Origin: Leptogorgia sarmentosa
Taxonomy: Eukaryota
Direction of reading: 5' to 3'
Assembly: GCA_964658305.1 (NCBI GenBank)
Contig: OZ210884.1
Coordinates: 5,828,001-5,892,000, forward strand
DNA: 64,000 bases
In this document: positions 1 through 12,481 of the stretch, piece after piece
Position numbering within the stretch: position 1 is the stretch's first letter
How the letters are laid out: the number at the start of each line of letters is the position of its first letter
Notes under the pieces: generated by a model
What the model was told of the DNA's origin: nothing
Seen by the model: the letters and a program-made list of their open reading frames with translations, nothing else
Databases searched by the model: none
Translations under genes and position numbers: made by a program

Positions 1-3000
1 TAACTTTCTATTGATTTCTACGCACATAAAATGTGCTACCAATTCACCCTTTCGGAAACTGCAAAGTCAGTAACTCGAAAGCGAGGCTGAATCGTTAATT
101 GGGAAAGTGGCAGACAATGTAAAATTTAATTTTATAAGATATTGTGCCGTTGCTAACTGCATCAATAGAGTAATTCTTACTGTACTCATAAGGCATGGAG
201 ATCTTACCTCGCATTTGTATGCTTATATGAAAGTGTTTATTTTACCAATCCGTGCTCCCAACTTCCTTCGCACTATCGCATAAAAACGCATTTAATTAAA
301 CTTGTTCAATGGGCGTTCTTGCACTTTAGAGCTACTTAAATTTGCCTAGAAATAATTAGACACAATTAAACACTTTTAGCGGAAATTTCGTGAGGTTAAT
401 TTTGGAACTCTTCTGAATATTACCTCGCAACCAAACAAACAACACTAACTAATAATTTGGCATCAACAAAATTCTTTCCAATTCTCACGCCTATGACCCC
501 TGGCGGCATTCCGCAGAAGGCAAAGGAAACTCTACTATGGTCCTTTAACTCATACAAAATAAATATAACAAAGAATATGCGCGGATGGTACATGCAGCAT
601 AATTAAAATTGTTCTTTATGCGATAAAATAAAACTGATGGAATCAAACGAGGTTATATTTCCGTCTCCCAGGATGATAACGAGTACATCAATCGACGCAA
701 CGTGAGTACTGGATAAATTACTTCCGTTTATGGGAGTTTTCAAACGATTTTTCAGCGTATAAAATACAGTAGAGACACCTTAATTGAGGCTGCTGTTATG
801 ATTAGTTTATAAGATCTCGTGGAAAACGTTTACATGTTATCTATTGCCCATGTACGATTTCTATACATAATTTGAAGATCAAAATTATCAATTTCATATG
901 TGCTGAATGTGAAAGTGATAGTTGATATTGCGTTGCATTCTTTCCTTTGTAATCGCGGCTACTGAGCCTGACGCCATGTTCAAAATTTAATCATTGCAGG
1001 AAGTGACAGAAGATCACTCAACCTCGTACCCAGGGTCTTGTCTTTATTGAAGTGATCAAAACAAAATGTTCGTTTTCTTTTTATGATCACATTGAATCAC
1101 ACAACTGCTCGAACGAACGCTACTTCCAGGCGAGTATTTGACGCTGCATCGAAAAATGGACTGACTAGGCAGCCTGCTTAATGGATAAAAATCCCTATAC
1201 ATATGAATCAATTTTGAAATTTTATTAATTTTTTTTATATAACCCTAGTTGCATGCAGGAAAGATAACTCCAAACTTTGTAAGACGTAATTAAAATCCTG
1301 GAAGACATTTTACTTCTCTCAAAGTATCAGGCTACACACATTTTACACACAGACCATGACATCGCGGAAGTAGAAAAACCACAATAATGTTTAATATGAA
1401 CCGAATAACTACACATAAACATGTTTTTTTTACGAATTTATCAAGAGTAGAGACCAATTTCAAATAAACGCCAAAGGCAAAATATTCGCGATTTCGAGAA
1501 ATAAAATAGGTCTTTCAGCTCGTTTCAAAGCATCAGGATATAGCCACACAAATTAAACAGCGACAATGTGGAAATAAAAAACCACACAATATTGTTTGTG
1601 AACAGCTTGAATGCATGCATATAGCACATGAGAACCACCAGGAACAAGATTGACCATCCTTGACAGTTTTCACAGAGCAGAATATTATAGGCAAATTCTC
1701 AAAATATCTAGATAAGTACTGAAATAAACCATGCAATCAGCATTTCACCTGACACCCATTCCATTCCTAAATTACCAGCAAACACACTTGTCTGCGAAGC
1801 ATCTCACCATTATTAGAGTTGCCATTGCAGGGAAATGAGCGAGTGTTTTATTGTTCTAAATTAATCTTGACTAATCCATGCCATGGTATGAGGCTATAGA
1901 ACATTTTAATTGCTAACAAACACTTCAGATATTGTGTGGCATCTTATGGGTTATGGTTAGCTATTATCTCCCCAACATTAATATTGACTTTCTTAATCTC
2001 AAGTACTAGTTATAATATCGAAGTGATGACATCGAAGCAATTTAATCCACGGCTACTAAATTCTGGTATTGCAATCAATCAAGTCATTGCTTTGTGCTTT
2101 ATAGATCCCTAGTTTACGCACAGCAATGTAGCCAGTTATTCTGCATGCTTCTGCATATATATTTATCAATTAATGTGATTACTTCAAAAGTTTGAGGACC
2201 ACACGGTATTTCAGAAACACAATCTTCAAAATTAGCTTGATTCAACTAGTTAATTATCAACTATATCACTATATATATATTTGCAGCTGACTTATTATCT
2301 TCCCCAATAAAATAATATATTCTCGTAGCCAAACAATTTGAGAAAATGTCAATAATAAGGCTTTCGGGAATCTCTCTCACTTTTATTTTGAATCAAATCC
2401 GAAACTACTTAAATACTGATCAACACAATCACGGATCAGGAGAAGATGGAAATGATATCACCGAAGTTTACAACAAATCTGACATAGTGGGCCGCCGCTA
2501 GAACGTTAATTGGGTGAAAATTCATATTATGGCGTTTTGTCGACTTAATTCTTTTGAATTTAATTCATAAACAACTATTTCAAAAGAAATCAGTCACAAA
2601 AACGTCAAAATATGAATATGCACCCCCATCCCCCTCCCCCCCCCCCCCCTAGCTCCGGCCCTGGTGAGGCTGCTGCTCAGTTAGTGCAAATGCTTTCAAA
2701 GTATTCTTGTAGCTACGACACAGTTTTGTGCAATATAACATTATAAAGAAATTTTGTAAAACACGATCAATATTAAATAAAAACATCATTGCAATGTGAT
2801 ACTCTGTGGCTAACCCTAATGATTATATATAAAAAAAAAACAGAACCATGACTTTTTTAGAATGATTTGCATCACGCCTTGAATCGCCACTTCATCAATA
2901 TAGGGCTATATAACTGCGTAATTAACCTAATTCGGTTGTGCAAAATACTGCAAAAGCATATACTCATTTCAAAACAAACAGTGTGACCCACTCACGTTTG

Positions 3001-3649
3001 CGGTAGATTTGTCCTCCAGGACGATGCTAAGATATTGGCCTGAATGTTTGATATGCCTTGAAATGGGCGCCAATCTTCTCAGATTTCTCACAACAGTATT
3101 GGAAATTCATATAACTCCAAGCAATAACCATCCAAGTTATCAATTTTTCTTGGAATTTGGCTTGACATAGGGGACTTTGCCGGTGGGAATTAAAAGCATT
3201 TTTAACCCGGCCTAGAGTGTATATAAGGCGCAACGCAAACACAGCTACTAGGAGTAGCAATTAAGGGAGTGGAAAAAGTCTTAAAATCAGCTTCAGTGAA
3301 TAAACATGTCAAATCGAATGTCTTATTTTTCTCAGAAAATTTCATTTTTCAGGTTTTAGATAATAGCTATTGTAGCACTGTTGTGTGAATATTACTTTAA
3401 TGAGTATTTTATTGGATGTTTCACTGTGGTAAACCTTGAAGCGTCGTGTACCATAACAGTAAAGAAGAACTTTTGTGCAATGATGACAAGTTGCATGTCT
3501 TTCATGCAGATGTTTGCCTTCTACTATATGCATGTCTTTATAGATGAAATTGTATAGTTTTAGAAATTCTTCTCCATCTCAATTATCATCATCCCGAGTA
3601 TCAGTTGATAAGGATTTTTTAAAATCATTCAGGAACACTCTGGTTGCTG

Positions 3650-4182
3650 ATGGAATCTGCTATCCTTGGAATGATTCTCCTCAGAGCTTGTTTTGCACAA
3701 TTTTCGCTGCCCCTATTGTCCCAGACCAGATAGGATGTGCAGAAGGCGAACTTTTACTTGGTACGCTTACAGATTGAAAGACGAAAATAAAACATTAAAG
3801 TCTGTTTACCCTATTTTGTTGCCGCAAACCAATAATCGACTTGATTCACTAGCGAAAAAACGGACAATTTTTCCACCCAATCATATTCTGTAGTCAACTG
3901 AAACCATTATTGTTATACTCCAACTAATTTATGATTTACGTGTAATTTCACTTGATGGTATTAGCTAGGTATTACTTTAATTTCAAAAGCAGCCGTAAGT
4001 TAATAAGGATAATTTCTGCATCGTCACTTTCTTTATTGGACAACCTGTCCGATGATTTACCTTTACTATACGACACTGCTCGCGTGCACAGGCCATGTGT
4101 ACCGTCACGAACATAAACGGACGCATTGCGCACTCGCTATTTTTCCTTCCAGGTGAAATTCAGCCAGATGTAAACCTAACAG
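3650..4182 (+). pseudogene. IMA-0: frameshifted, truncated subtype A copy (signal exon 3633-3760; Ig exon stub 4153-~4182)
   Basis: ATG at 3650 reads MESAILGMILLRACF, then a 1-nt deletion relative to IMA-1 (tgttttgcaca vs tgttttctcaca) puts TIFAAPIVPDQIGCAEGELLL in another frame. Donor G|gtacg at 3760. After the acceptor ttccag (4152) the sequence reads EIQPDVNLT and then all similarity to the Ig exon stops. Confidence 0.85.
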
Positions 4183-5695
4183 AGATATTTGCTGTAGATG
4201 TTGGCGTGAGTAGGCAGATGCTTACCGTGTGCAACAAAATTTGAGTGGCCGTACTTCCGTCAAGCCAGCCTCGTTCCTCGGGTTTTAATCCTCCTGGAAA
4301 CGAGGTTTCCGTCAAGCATGCCAAAAATCTCTCAAAAGTTTACCGCGCGTGGTGAATCATTGCGCGGATGGCCACGAACGACCTTTCGATCGTGTGCTGC
4401 GGGCTTAAAACCATGGTCATTACAAATGATAAAATTAACGAGCTTAGATTTCGGTCTCCCAGAATGATAAGGAGCAGGGGCAATCCTCCGTGGCATGGTA
4501 ACACGATATAATGTCATAACAAAATTTTCACTATACGAGGGTTTTAACTTAATAATGAATAAATACGCATCATAGAAATAAATTCAACATAGTCTCCGCA
4601 AAACAAAATATTTTCATAAATCCGCAAGGCAAAATATTTAATTAAGAAATACTCACACAGCAGATGACTATTGCATTATGGAGATAGAAAACTACATTAG
4701 GGGAGAATTGAGGAATCTCGATAGTCGACGTATATAAGACGTGACATGAATAAGACGTGTGCAAGTTTCTCGTCTAAATGGTACAAAATGTGTGTTTTGT
4801 CCTCAGTAAGACGCGTCTTGGCTCTAAACAGGCTTGTAGAAAAGGAACAACCTCACGTCTTGTGTAAATCGTGTCTAACATACAACGCGACTTGTTTTGT
4901 CTCGTATGAATGGCCCTAATATTGTTTCATTAACAGATAGTTCTAGCTACCAATCATCAAAATCAATTTTACGTAATCCCTGCCTGCAGGAAAATATTGC
5001 CTAACTCCAAATTCCAAAAGTAAAATCCTGTGAGACATTCAGCTCGTTTCAAAGTATCAGGAAATTGCTTGAGGGACAATGACATAGCGGAAGTCGAAAA
5101 CCACAAGATATTGTTTGTGAATTTTTATTATTTAGCACGCGTACCATGCTGAGAACATGCAGGAACACACACAGACCTTCACTCACAGTTGGCAAATTCT
5201 CAAATATATCTAGCCATGGACTTAATAACCATTCGGCTCATATACAAAGCAGAGACTGTGAGAATCGTCATAAAAACACTTAACTCACATCCTTGCCATT
5301 CCCATGTTATCAACAAACACACTTATTGTCAAGGAAGCAACCTCCAAAATAAAATTCATAATTCTCGATCACTTGAAATCCAAATTTAATGAGAGAATCA
5401 ACGACTCACAAATTGTTTACTGTTCTAAATTAATCGTGATAATATCCACGGAACTCTATCAGCAACAATCACTGTAGATATCATCTGCATCTTATAGTTA
5501 TTGTCGCCTCAGCCTATTTTTTTTCCGCTGGAGTATTATTTAGGCTAAACTACGACTCGTCGCAGTAACGGGAACCAATTTCTGTCTTGCATTTATTCAA
5601 GTTCATTTGCAAAAAGTTGATACCAAGTATGTTCAATGGTATTCAAAATTCAAATTCGTTAGACAGTGAACTCTTTTCTGCTATTCAACTATTTA

Positions 5696-5908
5696 GAGGG
5701 TCCTGAAGGGGGTTTCTATTCCCATTTCCCATCCTAAATTTCGACTAAATTCATCGTCTCCCAGTGGCTGTCCCGCTCAATTCTTAAACTCATTCCCATT
5801 TTGTATTGTTTTTTTTTGCTAATGAATCTCAATCGCAATGCATGAAATCCCAGTTTCGCAGCAAAAAAAAGCAAATCCCATTTCGCATTTTACCCCTTCA
5901 GGGCCCTG
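5696..5908. mobile_element. Short MITE-like element
   Basis: Imperfect TIRs gagggtcctgaagggg / ccccttcagggccctg, with the direct repeat tattta on both flanks. Confidence 0.6.
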
Positions 5909-7849
5909 TATTTACTCAGGATTTAGCTAATTCCTATCTTTACCAAATACATTCTTTTAGCCAAAGAAAATAAAGAAAAACGATGATTGGTCGCAATTAT
6001 CAGTATAATAACACGTTGTAACTGCCTACATACAGATAAAGACCGCAGTAATTACGATTGCTTTCCAAAATCTCTCTCCTTCACCATTCATTTGATCATG
6101 AATCAAGCAAAAAATTATTTTCAATTGAAAAATAGTGATAAACAAAAGAGCACTTTTGGAAATGATGCGAGTTAACTTCTAGTTTCACAAAGCATATTTT
6201 ACTGGTATTGCTGTTCGTTGCCGAAATATTGAGCGAAAACTTTCGTGCAGGAAATGTTTTTGTCACAACCTTTAACGACCATCTTGACTGTCACGCATGT
6301 CTCAAACCTATTTCAGAAACGTCACTAGAGATATAAAAACAATAGTCTCATATCGAAATTATTCTTGCACGGCACAATTTTGTGTGATATGGCATTATTA
6401 AACATGCTCGATATCAAATAAAAACATTATAGCAATGTGATCCTTTGTGGCTAACGCATATGACTATATACGCGTATAATTATAAACCAAATTGACCTTT
6501 CGAAAGAATTCTTTTGACGCAATTGCATTACACTTTGGTCGGTCAACTCAATTAACAGTGCTATATAAGTGCGTAATGAACCAAATTCGGTAGTGAAATA
6601 CCACAAAAACAGAAAACAAACGCTTTAATCCACTTAAGTTTGCGGTATATATGTCCTTAAGGAAGTTACTAGGATATTGGCCCAAGTGTTTGATATGCCT
6701 TGAAATAGGGGCTAACCTCCTCAGATTTGTCATTACCGCTTCATAGCTCCAAGCAAGACTCATCATCCGAGTTATCAATTCTGGCTTCGAATTTGGTTTG
6801 AAGAAAACAGCGAAATTTGAAGGTGAGATATAATAGCTACGTCTTACCCTAAGAATTATATAGTTGTTAACTGAATAATTTTTTGCTATTTGTAACTATA
6901 AGAATACAGATATCATCAGTGTATTTACACATGCATGGGCAATTAATCGACAGTGTACATTGCATCTGCTATTTATTAACATGCATGTCTGTTGGAAGCT
7001 TGAGGGGTTTAATTTTATAATTTACCTATTTGGAGCGAATGTAATTAACCTATAAATAAATTTTTCATATGTTGACTATATAAACTCGATCAAGTTTTAT
7101 CATAGATTGAAAGATTTTGTCTATATATTCCAAGTGAGAATAAAAAACAGTAAAATTTTATGGTTCTAGGGGTCAGAGAGCTTCTCCGCCTTCAAGTTAA
7201 TTGTTTCTCATTTTTTTTCTGTTTCCAGACATAAATACAATATTTACCTCATTTTTGCGCATAGCGTTCATGACATGACATGGCATGCTTCTCTCATTTA
7301 TAAGAATAGAGATTCCAGTCCACGCGCGAGTGCGGAAAAACGCAGTGCAACAATAAGGCTTGAATGAATGCACTGGAAAACACAAGTGTCTTTTATTTCA
7401 TGTTGTAAAAATGGTTGTTTATAGATAATTTGGGTAAAACGCTACGGGAGGTGAATTAAGTAGGCGTATTATAGAGATAACGGGAGTGCAAAAAATATTC
7501 AACGTCACACCAATAAACTAAAATAAAAACAGTTTAACTGTAATAATGAAACTGTTTAAGGTCATAATTCACAGGAAATGACAATTTCATGAGGCTTCAG
7601 ACACTAGCTAGCTCTTTCAGATATAATTTTAAGAAGCATTTCGGAAATGCTGAAGGGGCGTTTATCATTAACCGTTAAATAATCATTACTATCTAATAAA
7701 TTATCTTGTTACAACCTAATTAAAAGAGGTTATTTTCCAAAATGGAAAGAAATGTGTTCGTCTGCCCCAGTTCATGTCATGTTCACAAAAGATGTGTTTT
7801 TCGTTCATTTATGATTTATCAATCATTCAGGAACACTCTGGTTGCAAAG

Positions 7850-9599
7850 ATGGAATTTGCTATCCTTGGAATGATTCTTTTCAGCGTTTGTTTTCTCACA
7901 ACTTCCGCTGTCCCTATTGTTCCAGAGCAGGTAGGATGTGCAGAAGGCGAACCTTTACTTGGTAAGTTTACAAAAAAGAATAAAACATTAATAACGGTGT
8001 CTCTACTGGCATATATTAAATTTTCGTTCAAATTTAACGCGAGTACTTTGCAGTGTTCGATCAAATGATCATCAAGTGCAGGCCCCGGATGCGGAGGGGG
8101 GAATGGGTTGCTGGGCACCCCCCCCCCCCCCCTTCCCCCATCTGACTCAGCTGAAGTTTGTATCGATTGTTGGGTTGGCTTGTATACACATCTCCATTTC
8201 CGCCAAATGTTAACCCTGGCGATATATTATGCAGCGCCGTCGTTTCGATAGGAAAAATGCAGTTGCATTGAAATTTAATGATCAAAATTACATAACGACA
8301 ATCGCTTGAATAGCCTGTAAAAACTGTTTTCCTTTCCAGGGGAATTACAGCCAGATGTAAACCTGACAGTGTTACCAGGCCTAACTTTTCCTCCGTTGAG
8401 CAATATCACCGTTACCTGTGATGCAGATTTTCCTCGATTTCCCAACACGACAAACACAACCCTCCTTGTGAGACCTAATAACATCAAGATTTATGTCGGT
8501 ACTTTCGAAGTAAAGGACTGCCCAGACACTCTCGAATGCGTTTATACGCTCAACACGTTCTTCCCCGGTACACCGCCGGTTATTAGCTGTACTGCCAGAA
8601 ACCTTAATAATGCCTGTCGTTTCAAGGTTGCAAATATAACACTGATGGCAGGTTGGTACTTGCGTTGAATAATTTTATAAACGTAGGTTCCGTGTTATTG
8701 TGAAACTGTGAAAATATGCAAGTGATCTGAAAAGCAGTATTATACATTTTCGAACATTAAACCTGCATGCAGTTTGCAGTTCGGCCATATCAGTCAAGAT
8801 TTAAAATTTTTAATTGAATTGCCTTTCTGTTTGCTTTTTTTTCACTGGTATATTATTCACTATTTTTTTAAATGGATTTTAAAGCAATCATTACTTACTC
8901 CTGATATTTTGACAGGATTTTACTACACAAATTATGTCCTGATAATAATGTTATATCTACAAAATTTGTAGGTTTCAACAAAGATTTGTAGGACTTTAGC
9001 ATGTAAATTGTTGCACTAATTCATAAACTGTTCGATCTTTAATAGCAACCACAACAGCTCCAACAAATACCACAACTACAGCAGCACCAGCTACACCACC
9101 ACCACCAACGAATGCAACAACCGGTAGGTGTTCGAATAAAAAAACAATCACTTTTCAAAAACTTTTTTCATCCAGACCTTTTTGGCCTCGACATTTCAGT
9201 GAAGAACTAGCTAAACCCTTAGTGTGAGAATCGAGTTAGATACTAGAATATACCTAGACAATTGTTATTAAAATTTCATAAAACTAAATTTAAACCAAAT
9301 ATTTTCAATTTCAGTGGGAACAACAGAACCTGTTACGCCTCCAATTCCAACGTCAGTGACCACAACTGAGGATGGTAGGTTGAATTTCCTAGTGCACTTT
9401 TGCTGAAGACTGAACAAACATATTATTAAATGGTAGCTTCAATCCTGGTCTTCAATTAGATATTGTCGCTACTGCTAGTCTCGGGCTGTTTCATATCGGC
9501 TCATTTTCTCTTTTTCCAAATATAGATGATGATACAGACGATGAAACAAGTGAAGATGACGACAGTGATAGTGATACGTCTGATAGTGATAGTGATTGA
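7850..9599 (+). CDS. IMA-1 (subtype A): secreted Ig-like / Thr-Pro mucin / Asp-Ser acidic-tail protein, 211 aa
   Basis: Exons 7850-7961 (MEFAILGMILFSVCFLTTSAVPIVPEQVGCAEGEPLL), 8340-8651 (Ig-like: QPDVNLTV..ITVTCDA..DCPDTLECVY..ISCTARN..CRFKV), 9046-9123 (ATTTAPTNTTTTAAPATPPPPTNATT), 9315-9374 (VGTTEPVTPPIPTSVTTTED), 9526-9599 (DDDTDDETSEDDDSDSDTSDSDSD*). All introns are GT-AG and phase 1; total 636 nt, in frame. AATAAA at ~9728 and 9841. Putative non-coding exon 1 with donor aag|gtgaga near 6823. Confidence 0.88.
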
Positions 9600-12481
9600 C
9601 ATGTCACATCAAATTATGATTTCTGGGTGGCAGCAACTATCACAAAACATTTTAAATCTTTCAATCCTCATATGTTATTTTCAGGGGCAATGCATGAGTT
9701 GTCATGGATCTAATTTCTGTATAAACAATAAACCAGGGGAGAACGATTCTATTCAAATTTATGAATATGGTTATCATTCTAATCAAATATTCAAATTTAT
9801 GAATATTGTCATCATACCAGCTGAATGTTATTGCATAGATAATAAACAATAAATAATCACAATTGTTTTATTTTCTTTGAAAAAATTTGGGGAATTCCAC
9901 AAAGTAGAAATTTATCAAAAGCTTGAGTCGTACCATCTCCACTATTTCCGTAAAGACGATCAAACCGTTTTGAATCTTTTAACACAATAAGCCAAGGAGA
10001 TGTTTGTCTAAAATTCTTTCTACGATTCAATTTTATACGGTTGATTGCGAATTCGTCAATTATCATTCCTGTCTTCAATTACGATGAGAAGTATAAGTGT
10101 TATAGAGCAAGAGATGGATCTAGATTAAACGTGTTTTGAAAACGAGGAAATAATACAGTTGCGGTTGTTTGAAGAAAATTCTTGTATCGTAATTACGACT
10201 AATTTCCCACGGTGCTTTCCAATATGGTAACTCTGTCTTCCTGATTCAAGAACTGGTGACGGGCGCGGCATAGAAAATAATAAAGTTATAAAATACAGGA
10301 TTTTCTAACTTCATGTGAAACGGTTTCAGAGTATACATGACTAATTAAAAAAGCTTAGACATTAATAGACAATATATTCAGGGCCGGGGGCAAGAACTCA
10401 GCGCACTGGCTATAAGTTTTTCATGGCGGTGGTTACAGATTTTTGGCTTAGTGAGCTCTCATATATAATGTTCCTCTCCGTGTGGCGAAAGTAGCTACTT
10501 ACATGCACAGCTGCAAAATTCCTAGCAAGAACATGCTGAAAAAGAATACTGTCCGTTCATGTTTTTATTTCACAGGACGTTGCTATGAACATTAGAACGG
10601 TCAGCTATATTTAAACACAAAATATACTTTGTTAAACATTTCGTGTAGGAGGAAACACGAGCACCATGCAATCATTGCTAATTAAAATTCTTCTCTGGAC
10701 GTTCTAGACTAACTTTCTTTCCATAAACAATGTTGAGAAAGTTGATAGCATGTCACAGTGCTGCGAATTGTATGTGTTTAATTCAACAGTGCGATTTCGT
10801 AGTTGGAATTGATTCAATTATTGTCTCAAAGACATCTTTGATCCAAAGGACATGTTGTAAATTCTCAGGAGTATTCTGTTGTAAAATGAAACAAATCACG
10901 ACATTGCTACACCAGGAATTGTAAATTTGAATTGGTTTATAATTATACGCTTCAGCTATCCGTTATAGATTTATTCAGCAGTGTATTCAACGGCTGCTCC
11001 CGCCTCTCAACTAATAATGTCATATAACTGCGTAATTATGATACCAAATTTGGAATAAAAACCGCAGAAATAATTCAGCGACGAAAACAAATACTTCGAT
11101 CCACTCGAGTTTGCGGTAAATATGTCCTCACTGTAAGGGCTTGCATATTGGCCTGAAAATTTGATATTCTTTTGAAAGACTGGATACTCCGCCACTGTTA
11201 TTCATTACAACATTGGCGTTTTGTGATTAAACCAACATCAATCATTATTATTTTTGTCTTGAGTTCAGAAAAAAGCAGCGACTTCTCAGGTTAGAATATT
11301 AATAAATTGTTTCTATTTTGTAAATAAATATAATTTTCTCCTTTATCCATGCAAATAACAAATTATAAACTTGGCAATAATGTGATTACAACATCAATCT
11401 TCTCCGGGAGGTTTTCAAAGAAAAGAAGTTCGTGTCCCTTTAGAAATGTTTTCTTTCAGGCTTTTTTTACCAATAACATTCCGGGGGGCGCCAGGAGGCT
11501 AATGATACGGGGGAGACAAGAAGCACAATTATGTCCCTAGGGGAGTTTGAGGGCGTGTTTCCCTGGAATTTTTTTATTCTAAGCGCTGTAATTTTTTAAC
11601 ATGTATAGACGAATGTTTTGATTATCGAAAAGCAACAAATCGAAGATTCGTACAACAACAATTAAGGTCAACTTTCTGTAATAACATAGCTAATCTAAAA
11701 CTGACAACAAGAGTGTATCCAACCTAATCTTATCTGTAATCTCTCTTTCTATTCTGATATAAACTGTAAATTTGAATAATTGTACCCTCACGCACTTTTC
11801 ACTTCAGATTCAGGATTCAGAAGAATCTCAAAATTGGTTATTTAAGGGAACTTGTCCTCTCCTTTCGTTTCTTTTCTCTCGCGAGGCCTCGTGATAACGT
11901 TACTTTTACCGCAGGTTTTTGCTGTATATTGAATATTAGGGATTTCTATCTCTGCCAACTCATTATATTGAATTTCTTTTGAAGTCAGGTAAAAACGTGA
12001 GGCTTGTAGATCCTTGTAAACAGTGCCATATTCAACCCCAAATTCCTCTCAATTATTTATTGATCCCATATTCGAGACTAATGCAAGAAGATTCTTTTAG
12101 TTTATTATTTCACTAACGGCGGGATATCTGAAGAGGAATAGCTTTTCAAAAATATTTTGAAAGATTAATTTATTTTAGAATGATATGAATAAAAACTTAA
12201 AAACTGGTCTGACGGTGCGTAAAAGGCCTGAAAACGAGCAATTTTTTCATCCTTATAAAAATTAAGCTTGTTGAAAATTCGTCAGAAATTAAGGGGGAAA
12301 TTTTAAAAAAGATTTAAGTTGGATCGAAAGATGGGTTTCGCTTTGACTGAAGCCAACACGGAAAACCGTGTTTTCAGATTACATGTTCAGATTCTTATGA
12401 CGTTTATCAGTTGAAATTTCAATTTCTAAAATTTCAAAACTTTGTTTATAGAATAGCTGAGATCCACCGAACCAGGAAAAC

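Larger units (their letters stand above)
1500..6800 (+). repeat. Older duplication of the subtype A upstream region (~1500-3165 vs ~5035-6800)
   Basis: Shared blocks include ttcagctcgtttcaaag, ggcaaattctcaaa, ttgttctaaattaatc, gcaatgtgat..tgtggctaac and gatattggcc..tgtttgatatgccttgaaat. Confidence 0.75.

Noticed and set aside
200..430. Minus-strand splice-like signals suggesting exons of a neighbouring gene
   Set aside because: All frames contain stops; they could be UTR exons but cannot be supported from this window.
9526..9852. 108-aa ORF MMIQTMKQ...
   Set aside because: Out-of-frame reading of the IMA-1 acidic exon and 3' UTR.
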